In this document: piece by piece, positions 39,315 to 48,725 of the stretch
How the letters are laid out: each line of letters opens with the position of its first letter
Position numbering within the stretch: position 1 is the first letter of the stretch
Notes under the pieces: model-generated
Database searches by the model: none
Told to the model about the DNA's origin: nothing
The model's input: only the letters and a program-made list of their open reading frames with translations
NCBI GenBank assembly: GCA_965214705.1
Contig: CBDCCI010000002.1
Coordinates: 800,001-864,000, forward strand
Length of the DNA: 64,000 nt
DNA from: Alphaproteobacteria bacterium
Lineage (GTDB): Bacteria > Pseudomonadota > Alphaproteobacteria > UBA828
Reading direction: 5' to 3'
Translations under genes and position numbers: made by a program

Positions 39315-40889
39315 TCACGCCTCGTCCTCCTTCTCGAAGAAGTGGTGCAGCACCGTTTCCTCCGAGATTTCGGATTGATCGAGCTCGGCGCGCAGTTCGC
39401 CGCGGTACATCACGTAGGTGCGGTGTACGAGGTGCAGGATCTCCGGCAGGTCCGAGGAGATCAGGAGAACGCCCGCGCCCGCCTCGCAGAGATCGCGGAT
39501 GAACTCGTAGATCGCCACCCGCGCACCGACGTCGACGCCGACCGTCGGCTCGTCGAAGACGAAGAGCTTCACGTCGCGCACCAGCGACTTGCCCACCAGC
39601 ACCTTCTGCTGGTTGCCGCCGGAGAAGTGCTCCAGGTCGCGCTCGATGTTGAGCGGCATCAGGTCCAGCTTCTGCGCGATATCGCGCACGACCTTGCGCT
39701 CGTTGTTGCGGCGCAGGAACAGGCGGTTCGAGAACTTGCCCAGCCCGAGCGAGGGCAGTGACACGTTCTCCCGCACGTTCTGCATCATCACCAGGCCCTC
39801 TTGGCGGCGGTCCGAGGGCAGGTAGTAGAGGCCGCGGTCGAGCATCCGGCGGGTCCCAAGCTTGTTCACGTGCCTGGCCCGGTCGTAGACGACATCGCCG
39901 TCGAAGGTGATCTTGCCCGCCATGATCCGCTCGAGGCCGAAGCAGGCGCGGCCCAGGTCGGACTTGCCCGAGCCCACCAGGCCGGCGAGGCCGACCACCT
40001 CGCCGCGCCGCACGTTGATCGAGACGTCGTTCACGAAGTGCTTGGCGGTGACGAGGTTCTCGACCTCCAGCAGGGTTTCGGCCGGGTTGCGTTTGATATC
40101 CGGGAAGATCTGCTCGATGACGCGGCCGGTCATCAGCTCGACGAGCTTCTGGTCGGTGGCCTCCTCGACGGGGATCGTGTCGATATGCACCCCGTCGCGC
40201 AGCACGGTTATGCGGTCGCCGATCCGCTTGATCTCGTTCATCCGGTGGGTGATGTAGATGATGCCGATGCCTTCGGCCTTGATCTGCTCGATCAGGCCGA
40301 ACAGCCGGTCGGTCTCGCGTTCCGTGAGCGAGGCGGTCGGCTCGTCGAAGATCATGATGTTCGGCCGGGTGCGGAAGGCCTTGGCGATCTCCACCATCTG
40401 CTGTTCGGCGCGGGAGAGATACATCACCTCGTCGCGCGGCCTGAGCGGGAAGCCGAGGCGGTCGAGCGTCTCGCGCGCCTGCCTGGCGAGCGCCCGCTTG
40501 TTGAGCAGGCCCCCGCGCGTCAGCTCGTCGCCGAGAAACAGGTTCTCCTCGACCGTGAGGTGCGGCACCAGCGAGAATTCCTGGAAGACCGCGCTCACGC
40601 CGAGCTGACGCGCGTGGTGCACCGAGTGAATGACGGTCGGCTCGCCGCGCAGGTGGATGGTCCCGCCGGACGGCCTGTGCACGCCGGCAACGATCTGGAT
40701 CAGCGTCGACTTTCCCGCGCCGTTCTCGCCGAACAGCACGTGCACCTCGCCGGCCTGCACGTCGAAATTAACGCGATCCAGCGCGAGCGTGCCGGGAAAT
40801 TGCTTAGAGAGATTTTCTAATCTGAGAAGAGTGTCCCCGGAGCCCTGAGGCTCCGGGGACTCGTCAAACACTGCTGATGGTTCTGCCAC
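39315..40889 (-). CDS. RbsA-type (CUT2) ABC ATPase
   Basis: GENGAGKST, DEPTASL, YITH, SGGNQQK and DEPTVGVD. Confidence 0.93.
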   Translation of the reverse strand: MAEPSAVFDESPEPQGSGDTLLRLENLSKQFPGTLALDRVNFDVQAGEVHVLFGENGAGKSTLIQIVAGVHRPSGGTIHLRGEPTVIHSVHHARQLGVSAVFQEFSLVPHLTVEENLFLGDELTRGGLLNKRALARQARETLDRLGFPLRPRDEVMYLSRAEQQMVEIAKAFRTRPNIMIFDEPTASLTERETDRLFGLIEQIKAEGIGIIYITHRMNEIKRIGDRITVLRDGVHIDTIPVEEATDQKLVELMTGRVIEQIFPDIKRNPAETLLEVENLVTAKHFVNDVSINVRRGEVVGLAGLVGSGKSDLGRACFGLERIMAGKITFDGDVVYDRARHVNKLGTRRMLDRGLYYLPSDRRQEGLVMMQNVRENVSLPSLGLGKFSNRLFLRRNNERKVVRDIAQKLDLMPLNIERDLEHFSGGNQQKVLVGKSLVRDVKLFVFDEPTVGVDVGARVAIYEFIRDLCEAGAGVLLISSDLPEILHLVHRTYVMYRGELRAELDQSEISEETVLHHFFEKEDEA

Positions 40890-40936
40890 TTGCAGGGGCC
40901 TCCATCAGTCCCTTGTCTGTGGCGATCCGATCACGC

Positions 40937-42115
40937 CTAGTCGGTGCTGAACACGGGTGTCCAGCCCTTGGGCGCAAGCGTCGTGGTGGTGTCGAAGTCC
41001 GCGTGATTCTCCGGCGTCACCATGATCGCCAGCGGCTGCACATGCTCGATCATCCGGCCGGTGTCGTTGAACTCGGGCCGGCCGCCGGTGGCCGAGGGCT
41101 TGCCCTCGAGAATGCGGACCGCCTGGTCGATGGAGATCCGCGCCTGGATGATCATCTGATCGGTCGGCGCCATGGCGACACTGCCGCGGCCGACGAATTG
41201 ATGCATGCCGGGCGTGTAGTAGTAGGAGACGAGCTTGACCTCGTCCTGCAGACCCAGGTCACGGAGCGCAGCCATGCCGCCCTCGACCGCCGGCGCCACG
41301 CCAACGATGTAGTCGAGATCGACATCGCTACCCGAGGTCTGCGCCTGGATCACGTTCTCGACGAGGCTGAGCTGGGCCTCCTTGCTGGTCTGGGCCCACT
41401 TGGTCGAGATGACCTCGGCGTCGGAGCCGACGACCGCATCGTGACAGCCCTGGTTGCCGGCCACCGACCAGCTGGCTCCGGGCGGGCCCGGGAACCAGGC
41501 GATCTTGACGTTGCCGCTGCCTTCGGGGTGCTGGTCGGCGACCCACTTGCAGGCGATCCGGCCCATGCTGTAGTAGCTCTCCAGCGACTTGGCATCGACC
41601 TCGGTGTTGATCCCGTTGATCAGGTCGACAACCGGGATGCCCCTGGCACGCAGTTCATTGACCTGCTTGATGTTGCCCTCTGCCGAGATCGCCGAAAGCA
41701 CGAGAATCTCGGCGCCGTTCGCGATGCAGTCCTCGACCTGCGAGAGCTGCTTCTCCAGCTTGTCGTAGCCGCCGGCCTCGATCAGGGAGATCTTCTGGCC
41801 GAGGCGCTTGCCTTCCTCGATGATCCCGTAGGCCGCGCCGACCCAGTAGGAGTCCACGAGGTGGGGGAAGGACACGCAGATGTGGTGCTTCGCGTCTACC
41901 TCATCCGGCATCAGCGGTACGTAGTCGACGATCTCGAGATTCTGGTTGGCGGGATCGGTCCAGCATGCCGGATCGCCGTCCGTGCATGACGGGTTGTAAA
42001 TCTCGACTTGCGCCGGCCACCAGACGCCGTCGTCCTCTGCCTGCACGTCGGACGCGGCAAAGCCGGTGATGGCCATGCCCGCCGCGACGGCGGCGCCTAG
42101 AGTCAGTTTCCACAT
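40937..42115 (-). CDS. TorT-like periplasmic binding protein
   Basis: Signal peptide; ICVSFPHLVDSYWVG..YG..EE.KRLG...EAGGY..L..Q..Q.EDC, FPGP and QARISIDQAVRILE match TorT-family motifs. Confidence 0.8.
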   Translation of the reverse strand: MWKLTLGAAVAAGMAITGFAASDVQAEDDGVWWPAQVEIYNPSCTDGDPACWTDPANQNLEIVDYVPLMPDEVDAKHHICVSFPHLVDSYWVGAAYGIIEEGKRLGQKISLIEAGGYDKLEKQLSQVEDCIANGAEILVLSAISAEGNIKQVNELRARGIPVVDLINGINTEVDAKSLESYYSMGRIACKWVADQHPEGSGNVKIAWFPGPPGASWSVAGNQGCHDAVVGSDAEVISTKWAQTSKEAQLSLVENVIQAQTSGSDVDLDYIVGVAPAVEGGMAALRDLGLQDEVKLVSYYYTPGMHQFVGRGSVAMAPTDQMIIQARISIDQAVRILEGKPSATGGRPEFNDTGRMIEHVQPLAIMVTPENHADFDTTTTLAPKGWTPVFSTD

Positions 42116-42149
42116 GGTCGTCTCTCCCTCTGGTCATGGACCTGTATCG

Positions 42150-42183
42150 GTGAGGGCGCCGGTACTGTCACCGGCGCCCTCAC
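42150..42183 (-). terminator. Strong intercistronic hairpin
   Basis: GTGAGGGCGCCGGT-N6-ACCGGCGCCCTCAC (14-bp perfect stem) between the nicX-like and torT-like genes. Confidence 0.5.
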
Positions 42184-42260
42184 AATCACGTCTCCGTGTG
42201 GAGGGCATATTACGGTCACGCGACGAAAGCGCAAATGCCCTTTGCCCTCCATTTGGCTGG

Positions 42261-43301
42261 TCAGTGGGCGGGTGCCCGCATGTCCTCCGGCACCACCGCG
42301 CCGTTCTCCACGATCAGCTCGTCGTCGAGCCAGAGCGAGCAGCCCTGCATCGGCAGATCGAGGTGGCAGGGGGTGTCGTTCTCGCCGCCGAACTCGGTGT
42401 CAGGGCCCAGCGAGAACAGCACGTTGCCGTAGTGCGCGCGGCCGTCCATGCCGATGCCCGGCAGATCAGGCCGCCAGATGCAGTGATGGTTGAGTCCCCA
42501 GCCGATGTGCGAGACCGCATAGGCGCGCGGGTCGTTGTAGCCTTCGATGAAGCCCCGCAGGTGGTCGGCGCGGGCGCCGCCCGAGATCTCCGTCACCATG
42601 CCGTCGCTGATGTCGAAGGCGATGCGCTCGCCGGTGAACTCGCGCAGCGGGAAGACGATGTCGTCCGCCTCCATCACCACCCGCCCGTTCACGCCTTGCT
42701 CGGCAGCGAGAGTGGCGAGGAAGCCCCCCGGCCAGTGGTCCCAGCGGCCGGGCTCGGTGGTAAAGCCGTATTCCGTCAAGATGAACTTGTCGCCCAGCGT
42801 GTAAGTGACGTCCGTGCCGGCGTCGTTGGTGAAGCGCAGGCTCTGCGCCGCCTTTAGTCTCTGCTCCCCGGCTTCGACGCGCGTGCGCATCTCGGCGGTC
42901 GGGAACAGACGCTCCAGAATCTCCTCGGGCTCGACGACGAGCAGGATTCGGCTGCCCGCCTCCTGCATCGCGATCTGCTCGTGGGAGAAGAGCAGGAGCA
43001 TGTGGTCAACGACCATGTCGGCGTCCTTGCAGGTCTGCATCGCCTCCGGGTGCTTGCTCAGCGCGTTCTGCCCGATGTTGGCGATCCTGACCGCCGGGTC
43101 CTCCGCACCGTCCGAGGGGAGGTGCACGTCGGCCACGTCTGCGCCGAGGTCGCGCGCCGCCGCGAGCGACGCCTGCCTGTAGTTCCCGAGCTGATCGCCT
43201 TCCGAGAGGACGGCCACCGTCTCCCCCGGCCCCACCTCGCAAAGCTCGAGATTCTTGCGGAACAACTCGGTCAGTCGTGCCTGATTCTGCTGTGTGCCCA
43301 T
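42261..43301 (-). CDS. nicX: 2,5-dihydroxypyridine 5,6-dioxygenase-like (NicX / M29 fold)
   Basis: LLFSHEQ, EYGFTTEPGRWDHWP, AVSHIGWGLN, GMDGRAHYGNVLFSLGP and CHLDLPM (His...HxD iron ligands). Confidence 0.8.
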   Translation of the reverse strand: MGTQQNQARLTELFRKNLELCEVGPGETVAVLSEGDQLGNYRQASLAAARDLGADVADVHLPSDGAEDPAVRIANIGQNALSKHPEAMQTCKDADMVVDHMLLLFSHEQIAMQEAGSRILLVVEPEEILERLFPTAEMRTRVEAGEQRLKAAQSLRFTNDAGTDVTYTLGDKFILTEYGFTTEPGRWDHWPGGFLATLAAEQGVNGRVVMEADDIVFPLREFTGERIAFDISDGMVTEISGGARADHLRGFIEGYNDPRAYAVSHIGWGLNHHCIWRPDLPGIGMDGRAHYGNVLFSLGPDTEFGGENDTPCHLDLPMQGCSLWLDDELIVENGAVVPEDMRAPAH

Positions 43302-43312
43302 GATTCCGGCTC

Positions 43313-44581
43313 CTATTCCGCCGCGCTCACCAGTGCGGTGTAGCCGCCGTCGCGCGGCACCCGGTTGCGCGAGGCGCTCTCGCGCAGCGCGTCCTCGCCG
43401 TCCTGGCGGCGCCTGTCGCGGGCCTCGTCGTCCTCGCTCAAGAGCTTATCGAGATAGTAGTTGAGAAGGTGGTGGATGGCGCGCTCCAGCCTCGCGGTCG
43501 GCCCCGGCCGGAAGGCGCGCGAGCCGACCCCGTTCTGCAGCGATTCCAGCATGGCCCGGTCCTCGTTCGCGACCAGCCGGATGAAGTCGGCATAGATCTG
43601 GTTCTTCTCCTCGAAGGCGGGCGCGTCGAAATACTCGTCCGGCAGCTGCGTGTAGATGATAATCCGGGTGGTGCCGTGGTCGATCGGATGCGCCACCCAG
43701 GGCTGGATCATGTCGTGGCGGCCGAAGATGTTCATGGTCGGCCTAATCCAGGTGGTGCAGGCGAACTTGTCGGTCACCTTGCCCTTGAGCCAAGGCATGG
43801 TGTCGAAGAGCGTCGCTCCCCTCGGCGCCATTGTGTAGCTCTCGTAGGCGGCGTTGTAGCCGTTCTTCTGCAGGTTGAAGCGGAAGTCGCTGACCGGGAA
43901 GTGGCCGCCGAAGGACTCCTTGTGGATCACACCCACGTGGTAGATGTCCATCAGGTTCTCGGGGATGAACTTCCAATTGCAGGGCACGTCGAAGACGTAC
44001 TTGTCCGACGTGCGCGTGTTCTCCGGTTGGAGGAAGGCGGCGAACTCCCTGACTCCGTCCTCGTCGAGGCAATCCGCGAGGCTGCGGCAATCCGGGTCGA
44101 AATTGACGAAGATGTAGCCGCCCCAGGTGTCGAGATTGACCCGGGGCAGCGCGCAGGTCGAAAAGTCGAAGCTCTCGACCTCCTTCGTGTGCGGCGCGCC
44201 CAGCAGCTTGCCCTCCAGGTCGTAGACCCAGGCGTGATAGGGGCAGCGGAAGCTCTTCAGGTTGCCTTCGCCGGTCGTGACCTCGACGCCCCGGTGCTGG
44301 CACACATTGCTGAAGGCGTTGAGCCGGCCCGCACCGTCACGACAGATCAGGAGCGGCTCGCCCGCGATGCGGATGGCCCGATAGTCACCCTCGTTCTCGA
44401 ACTCCTCCACCCGACCGACGCAGAGCCACTCCTTCATGAAGATGGCATCGACCTCGTAGTCGAAGATCTCCGGTGCCGTGTAGAGGAAGCCCGGCAGATG
44501 CCGCGCTTGGCCGAGGCCCCGGCGCGTCTTCCTGATCTCTTCGAGAATGCTCTCGTCGAGCGCTATGCCCCGATGCTGCAT
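43313..44581 (-). CDS. Rieske non-haem iron oxygenase alpha subunit (choline monooxygenase/CntA-like)
   Basis: Rieske motif CQHRG...CPYHAW; mononuclear site NWK...ENLMDIYHVGVIH...NED. Confidence 0.92.
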   Translation of the reverse strand: MQHRGIALDESILEEIRKTRRGLGQARHLPGFLYTAPEIFDYEVDAIFMKEWLCVGRVEEFENEGDYRAIRIAGEPLLICRDGAGRLNAFSNVCQHRGVEVTTGEGNLKSFRCPYHAWVYDLEGKLLGAPHTKEVESFDFSTCALPRVNLDTWGGYIFVNFDPDCRSLADCLDEDGVREFAAFLQPENTRTSDKYVFDVPCNWKFIPENLMDIYHVGVIHKESFGGHFPVSDFRFNLQKNGYNAAYESYTMAPRGATLFDTMPWLKGKVTDKFACTTWIRPTMNIFGRHDMIQPWVAHPIDHGTTRIIIYTQLPDEYFDAPAFEEKNQIYADFIRLVANEDRAMLESLQNGVGSRAFRPGPTARLERAIHHLLNYYLDKLLSEDDEARDRRRQDGEDALRESASRNRVPRDGGYTALVSAAE

Positions 44582-44680
44582 CGCTCAACGCCCCCCTTGT
44601 TTGTCGATCACACCAGTATAGCGGCCCGCCTCCGGCGAGTCCGCAGGCAGCGATCACTATTCGACCCGCGCCGGGGCCGT

Positions 44681-45244
44681 TTACAGGTAGAACGCGCGCC
44701 CCTGGACGATGTCGGATTCCCCGCTGTCGAGGTGGTGTGGCCCGCTCACCCGGAACCAGTACTCGATCGTGCCGCCGAAATAGACCTCGTAGCAGTTGGT
44801 CTCTTGCACCGTGGCCCATCGGCCCGAATAGAGCGGGCCGTCATAGTGGTCGTATCCACGGCGCTTCCGCAGTTCGTGCACGGTGACGCAGCGGGTGCCA
44901 TCGTCGTTCACGGTCCACGTGCCGTCCGAGCGGTATTGTCCCTTCAGGGTCGTGAGCTGGGCCTTGATCGTTCCGTCGGGAAGGTAATACGTAACGAAGG
45001 TGCCGCCGCCGCCCGACATGGAGGTGGTATTGCCCGTCAACGTGGCGATGACCTCCTCGGCGGTAGCCGGGCGCAGGCCGCGCTCCTCCAGGGATTCCCG
45101 CAGCTGCTCGGTCACGCGCGCTTCCATTTCGACCAGGTTCGCTTGCACGACCTGGGCCTCTTCCGGGGTCAGCGGCTCGCCTCTCGGCATGCACGCGGCC
45201 AGCAGTGCGGCCGTGGCCAGCGCGATAACTATGCCGCCGCGCAC
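44681..45244 (-). CDS. Hypothetical lipoprotein
   Basis: Lipobox LLAAC after a hydrophobic stretch; LTGNT...YYLPDG...GTWTV...C pattern. Confidence 0.65.
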   Translation of the reverse strand: MRGGIVIALATAALLAACMPRGEPLTPEEAQVVQANLVEMEARVTEQLRESLEERGLRPATAEEVIATLTGNTTSMSGGGGTFVTYYLPDGTIKAQLTTLKGQYRSDGTWTVNDDGTRCVTVHELRKRRGYDHYDGPLYSGRWATVQETNCYEVYFGGTIEYWFRVSGPHHLDSGESDIVQGRAFYL

Positions 45245-45251
45245 GACGCCC

Positions 45252-46583
45252 TCACACCGGGCAGCGGGTGAGCAGGCGGCCCTCGTCGTCGAAGCGGAGC
45301 GCCTCGGCCTCGCCCAGCACCTCGCCTGCGCCATTCAGCTCCGCCGCGAGCGGCGGCGAGACCAGGACGGTATCGAGGTGCAGGGTCGAGCGGATCAGGC
45401 AGAGCCGCGCGTCCGCCCCGTCGAGGTGCCAGGACGTGCCGACGGCAGCCTGCAGCGCCGCCTTGTCGGTGGCGAGCACGGCGGGGATGCGCACCCGCTC
45501 GGTGAAGGTCGCCGTGCAGGCGTTCATGTACATGGCGTAGAGGTCTAGGTTGTCGGCGACTTCCTTGGTCGTGTAGTCGGCGTTGCCGACGCCGAGTCCG
45601 TTGCCGTGGGTCTCCGGTGTCAGCCCCAGCACCACCAGCTTGCTGATCACCGGCGCTGGCGGGTTCGGGCGCCCGCGGATGTCGAAGCGCGCGGTGACCG
45701 CCGGGTCCATGCCGGTGCCGGAGATGTTCTTGCCCAGCCTCTCCACCGCGAGCACGTCGATCTGCTCGAAGGGCAGTTTGGGAACGCAGCCCTTGGCGGT
45801 CTTCAGCAGGCGGGCGTCGGTCTCGTAGAAGGCCTCCGGCTCGGCGCCCTCGATGATCGCGGCCTCGCGCGCCGCGTTTTCGACGATGGCGATGCCGTAG
45901 GTGACCGGCGCCTCGCGAATGGCGATTGCCGCCCATTCGGGCAGCACCTCCATGTAGCCGCGCACGCCGAGGCGGTGCACGAAGCGCGCGCCCTCCGCCT
46001 TGCCGAGGCCGATGGCGGTCATCTTGGTGAGCCCGCTTTCCACCTCGCGATCGAACGACGTGTGGGACTTGACGCGGCCCACCACCAGCACCGCATCGGC
46101 CTCGAAGGCGTAGCGGTCGAAATGGACCCCGACGCCGGCTCTCGTCTCTCCCAGCCGCACCACCTCCATGCTGGCCTGGATGGGGCAGCCCATGGTCTCC
46201 TCGGTGAAGCCGAGCTCGGCCAGCAGCGTCACCTGGCTCGAAGCGACGGCGCCGCCGTGACTGCCCATCGCGGGCACGATGAAGGGGTCGAGTCCGCGCT
46301 CCTTGAGCCACGCGACCGCCGCCTCGACCACCGCGGGTTTGCTCCTGATGCCCCGGCTGCCGCAGGTGATCGCGACGCGAGAGCCCGCCGCAAGCTGAGT
46401 GAGTTGCCGCGATTCATCGAGCGCCGCACGCGTGGCGGCGGCGACATCGGGGAGCGCCGGCACGTCGGGATGGCGCAGCGCCACCGGCATCACTGGCGGC
46501 AGCCGCTCGTTCTCGAACTGCGGCAGCGCGATGGCTGGGAAGGTGGGGCTCGGCGTGTTCTGGGTCATGATGGCACGATACAC
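45252..46583 (-). CDS. LarA-superfamily (nickel pincer-dependent isomerase-like, DUF362/DUF2088) protein
   Basis: VAITCGSRGI, VPAMGSHGGA, RVKSHTSF, ESGLTKM..IGLGK, GKNISGTGMD and HGNGLGVG. Confidence 0.8.
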   Translation of the reverse strand: MYRAIMTQNTPSPTFPAIALPQFENERLPPVMPVALRHPDVPALPDVAAATRAALDESRQLTQLAAGSRVAITCGSRGIRSKPAVVEAAVAWLKERGLDPFIVPAMGSHGGAVASSQVTLLAELGFTEETMGCPIQASMEVVRLGETRAGVGVHFDRYAFEADAVLVVGRVKSHTSFDREVESGLTKMTAIGLGKAEGARFVHRLGVRGYMEVLPEWAAIAIREAPVTYGIAIVENAAREAAIIEGAEPEAFYETDARLLKTAKGCVPKLPFEQIDVLAVERLGKNISGTGMDPAVTARFDIRGRPNPPAPVISKLVVLGLTPETHGNGLGVGNADYTTKEVADNLDLYAMYMNACTATFTERVRIPAVLATDKAALQAAVGTSWHLDGADARLCLIRSTLHLDTVLVSPPLAAELNGAGEVLGEAEALRFDDEGRLLTRCPV

Positions 46584-46617
46584 CAGAGGTTGGCCGGGCA
46601 GAACGCCGCGTTGTGGA

Positions 46618-47046
46618 TCAGTGCAGCGGTCCCGGCGGGCGTTCGCTGGTGTCGGGCGTCGGCTGGCGCTGGGCGGCCGGCCCGGCCTGATGGTGGACCA
46701 TGCGCCAGCCGCCCTCTTCGCGCGCGAAGACGTTGGTGGCGATCAGCCAACCCTGTTGCTCCAGCACCTCGCGGCAGATCACGAAGGCGCTCGGGCCGAG
46801 CACGAAAGCCCGCGGCCTCTCGCAGCGGATCTGCGGCGCGCCAGGGCCACCGAGGATCGCGGCCCAGCTTTCCATCACCGCTTCGCGCCCGACCAGCGCG
46901 TCCCAACCCGGATGGATGCAGGCGACCGTTGTCTCCGTGGCCCAGAGCGCATCCATCGCCGCGAGATCGCGGGCGGCGAAGGCCCGGTAGAACTCCTCGT
47001 TCGCGGCGAGCACCGCGTCCTCGTCCGACATGGCCCGCTCCGGCAT
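46618..47046 (-). CDS. NTF2/SnoaL-like protein
   Basis: AVLAANEEFYRAF...DLAAMDALW...CIHPGW...GREAVMESW...ATNVF...WRMVHH. Start probably 47031. Confidence 0.85.
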   Translation of the reverse strand: MPERAMSDEDAVLAANEEFYRAFAARDLAAMDALWATETTVACIHPGWDALVGREAVMESWAAILGGPGAPQIRCERPRAFVLGPSAFVICREVLEQQGWLIATNVFAREEGGWRMVHHQAGPAAQRQPTPDTSERPPGPLH

Positions 47047-47066
47047 GGCCGCTCCTCCCGCGCCGC

Positions 47067-48692
47067 TCAGCCGCGCAGCGCCTCGTATTGCTCGATGTAG
47101 GCCTCCGGATCGACCGTCACGTCGACCAATACCGGCCCGTCGTGCGCGAAGGCCTCCGTCAGCGCCGGCGTCAGCGGCTCGGTGGCGCCCACACGCCGGC
47201 CGCGGCAGCCCAAGCCGTCCGCAACGGCCGCGTGATCTATCTCACTGAAACGCACCCCCCGGCTCTCCCGCTGCTGCCGTTGTTGCTTGATGTCGATGAG
47301 GGAAAGCCGGGAATCGTTGAACACCACGACGGCGATGCGGCAGCCGAGGCGGGCCGCCGTCGCAAGCTCCGCAAGGCACATGTGCAGGCCGCCGTCGCCG
47401 GTCATGGCGATCACCGGGCGCGCCGGCTCCTCCAGCGCGGCGGCGATGGCCGCAGGCAGGGCAAAGCCCATGGTGGAGAGACCGTTCGACTTCAGCACGT
47501 CGTTGGGTTCCTCGGCCTGCCAGAGTCCCATGGCCGAGAACATGTGCGCGCCGGAATCCACCGTGAGTCGCGCCCGCGCGGGCGCTGCGTGGCGCACCGC
47601 GCTCACAACGTCCTCGGCCGTGCGCTGGCCCAGGCCGATCATCGCGAAACCGGAGCGAAGCCGGCTGCGCAGTGCAGCAATCTCAAGCTCCGACCAGCCC
47701 GCCGGCAGCGCGTCTTCCATGAGCGCCACGGCGGAGCGGTCGAGGGCACCGGTCAGCACTGCCGTCGGCGCGGCCGGATAGTCGTAGCCGTCGTGGGCCG
47801 CCAGCGCGAGGATCGGCCCCTCGAAGCGCCACGGGCCGGGCAGCAGCTCCACCGGATCGAGGCCGAAGAAAATGAGCAGGTCGGCTTTGTCGAGGCAGCG
47901 CGCGTCGGCCGAGGCTCCGGTGAAGCACCCGACCACCAGCGGGTCGGCGTCCGCGACCGCGCCCTTGGCCTTGTAGGTGGTCATCACCGGGCAGCCGAGC
48001 GACTGCACCAGCACCCTGAGCGCCGCGCTCGCCGCGCGGCCGCGCGCCTCCATGCCGGCGACGATGAGCGGGCGCTGGGCCTGGGCGAGCAGCCCGCGCG
48101 CCTCGGCCAGCGCGATCAGGTCGAAGTCCTTAGGCGCTTTCGTCGCCGTTCTCCGCCTCCGGGCTTCGGGCGCGGCGGTGCCCGTGGCGGGCGCAGTGGC
48201 TGCTGCCGACGTGAGGTCGAGCTGCACCGGCCCCGCTGGGTGGGCCATGGCCGTCTCGAGCAGCGTGCCAACCTCGCTGAGCCCTTCGCCCGGCTCGGGC
48301 CTGGCATAGCCCTTGACCAGCGGCGCGAAGAGGGCGCGCTGGTCGAAGCGCTGGTGCAGCGCGTGGTGGCCCGGCGCCGCCTCCGCCAGTGCATCGGTGA
48401 CGAGCAGCACGGGCGCCCGCTCCAGCGCGGCATAGGCGATGCCGTTGACGGCGCTGGCCGCGCCCGGCCCCACGCCCGTCACCACCACGCCGGGCGCGCC
48501 GCCGAGCTCGGCGGTGACCGCCGCCATCAGGGTGGCGGCGGTCTCGCCGTGGGTGAGCACGAAGTCGATACCTTCCGCCGCGAACGCGTCGATGACATCG
48601 AGGCTGCTGGCCCCGCCCGGCACGCCGAAAGTGCGGCGCACGCCCCGCTCCCGGCACGCCGCCGCGAGGCCCTGGGCGAGGGTTTCAGCCAT
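47067..48692 (-). CDS. ThDP-dependent enzyme, acetolactate synthase-like family
   Basis: FGVPGG, HGETAA, GPGAAS, SNGLSTMGFALPAA and GDGGL...FND. Confidence 0.9.
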   Translation of the reverse strand: MAETLAQGLAAACRERGVRRTFGVPGGASSLDVIDAFAAEGIDFVLTHGETAATLMAAVTAELGGAPGVVVTGVGPGAASAVNGIAYAALERAPVLLVTDALAEAAPGHHALHQRFDQRALFAPLVKGYARPEPGEGLSEVGTLLETAMAHPAGPVQLDLTSAAATAPATGTAAPEARRRRTATKAPKDFDLIALAEARGLLAQAQRPLIVAGMEARGRAASAALRVLVQSLGCPVMTTYKAKGAVADADPLVVGCFTGASADARCLDKADLLIFFGLDPVELLPGPWRFEGPILALAAHDGYDYPAAPTAVLTGALDRSAVALMEDALPAGWSELEIAALRSRLRSGFAMIGLGQRTAEDVVSAVRHAAPARARLTVDSGAHMFSAMGLWQAEEPNDVLKSNGLSTMGFALPAAIAAALEEPARPVIAMTGDGGLHMCLAELATAARLGCRIAVVVFNDSRLSLIDIKQQRQQRESRGVRFSEIDHAAVADGLGCRGRRVGATEPLTPALTEAFAHDGPVLVDVTVDPEAYIEQYEALRG

Positions 48693-48725
48693 GCGGGCCG
48701 CCGCCGTTACCTCCGAGCCGCGCCG

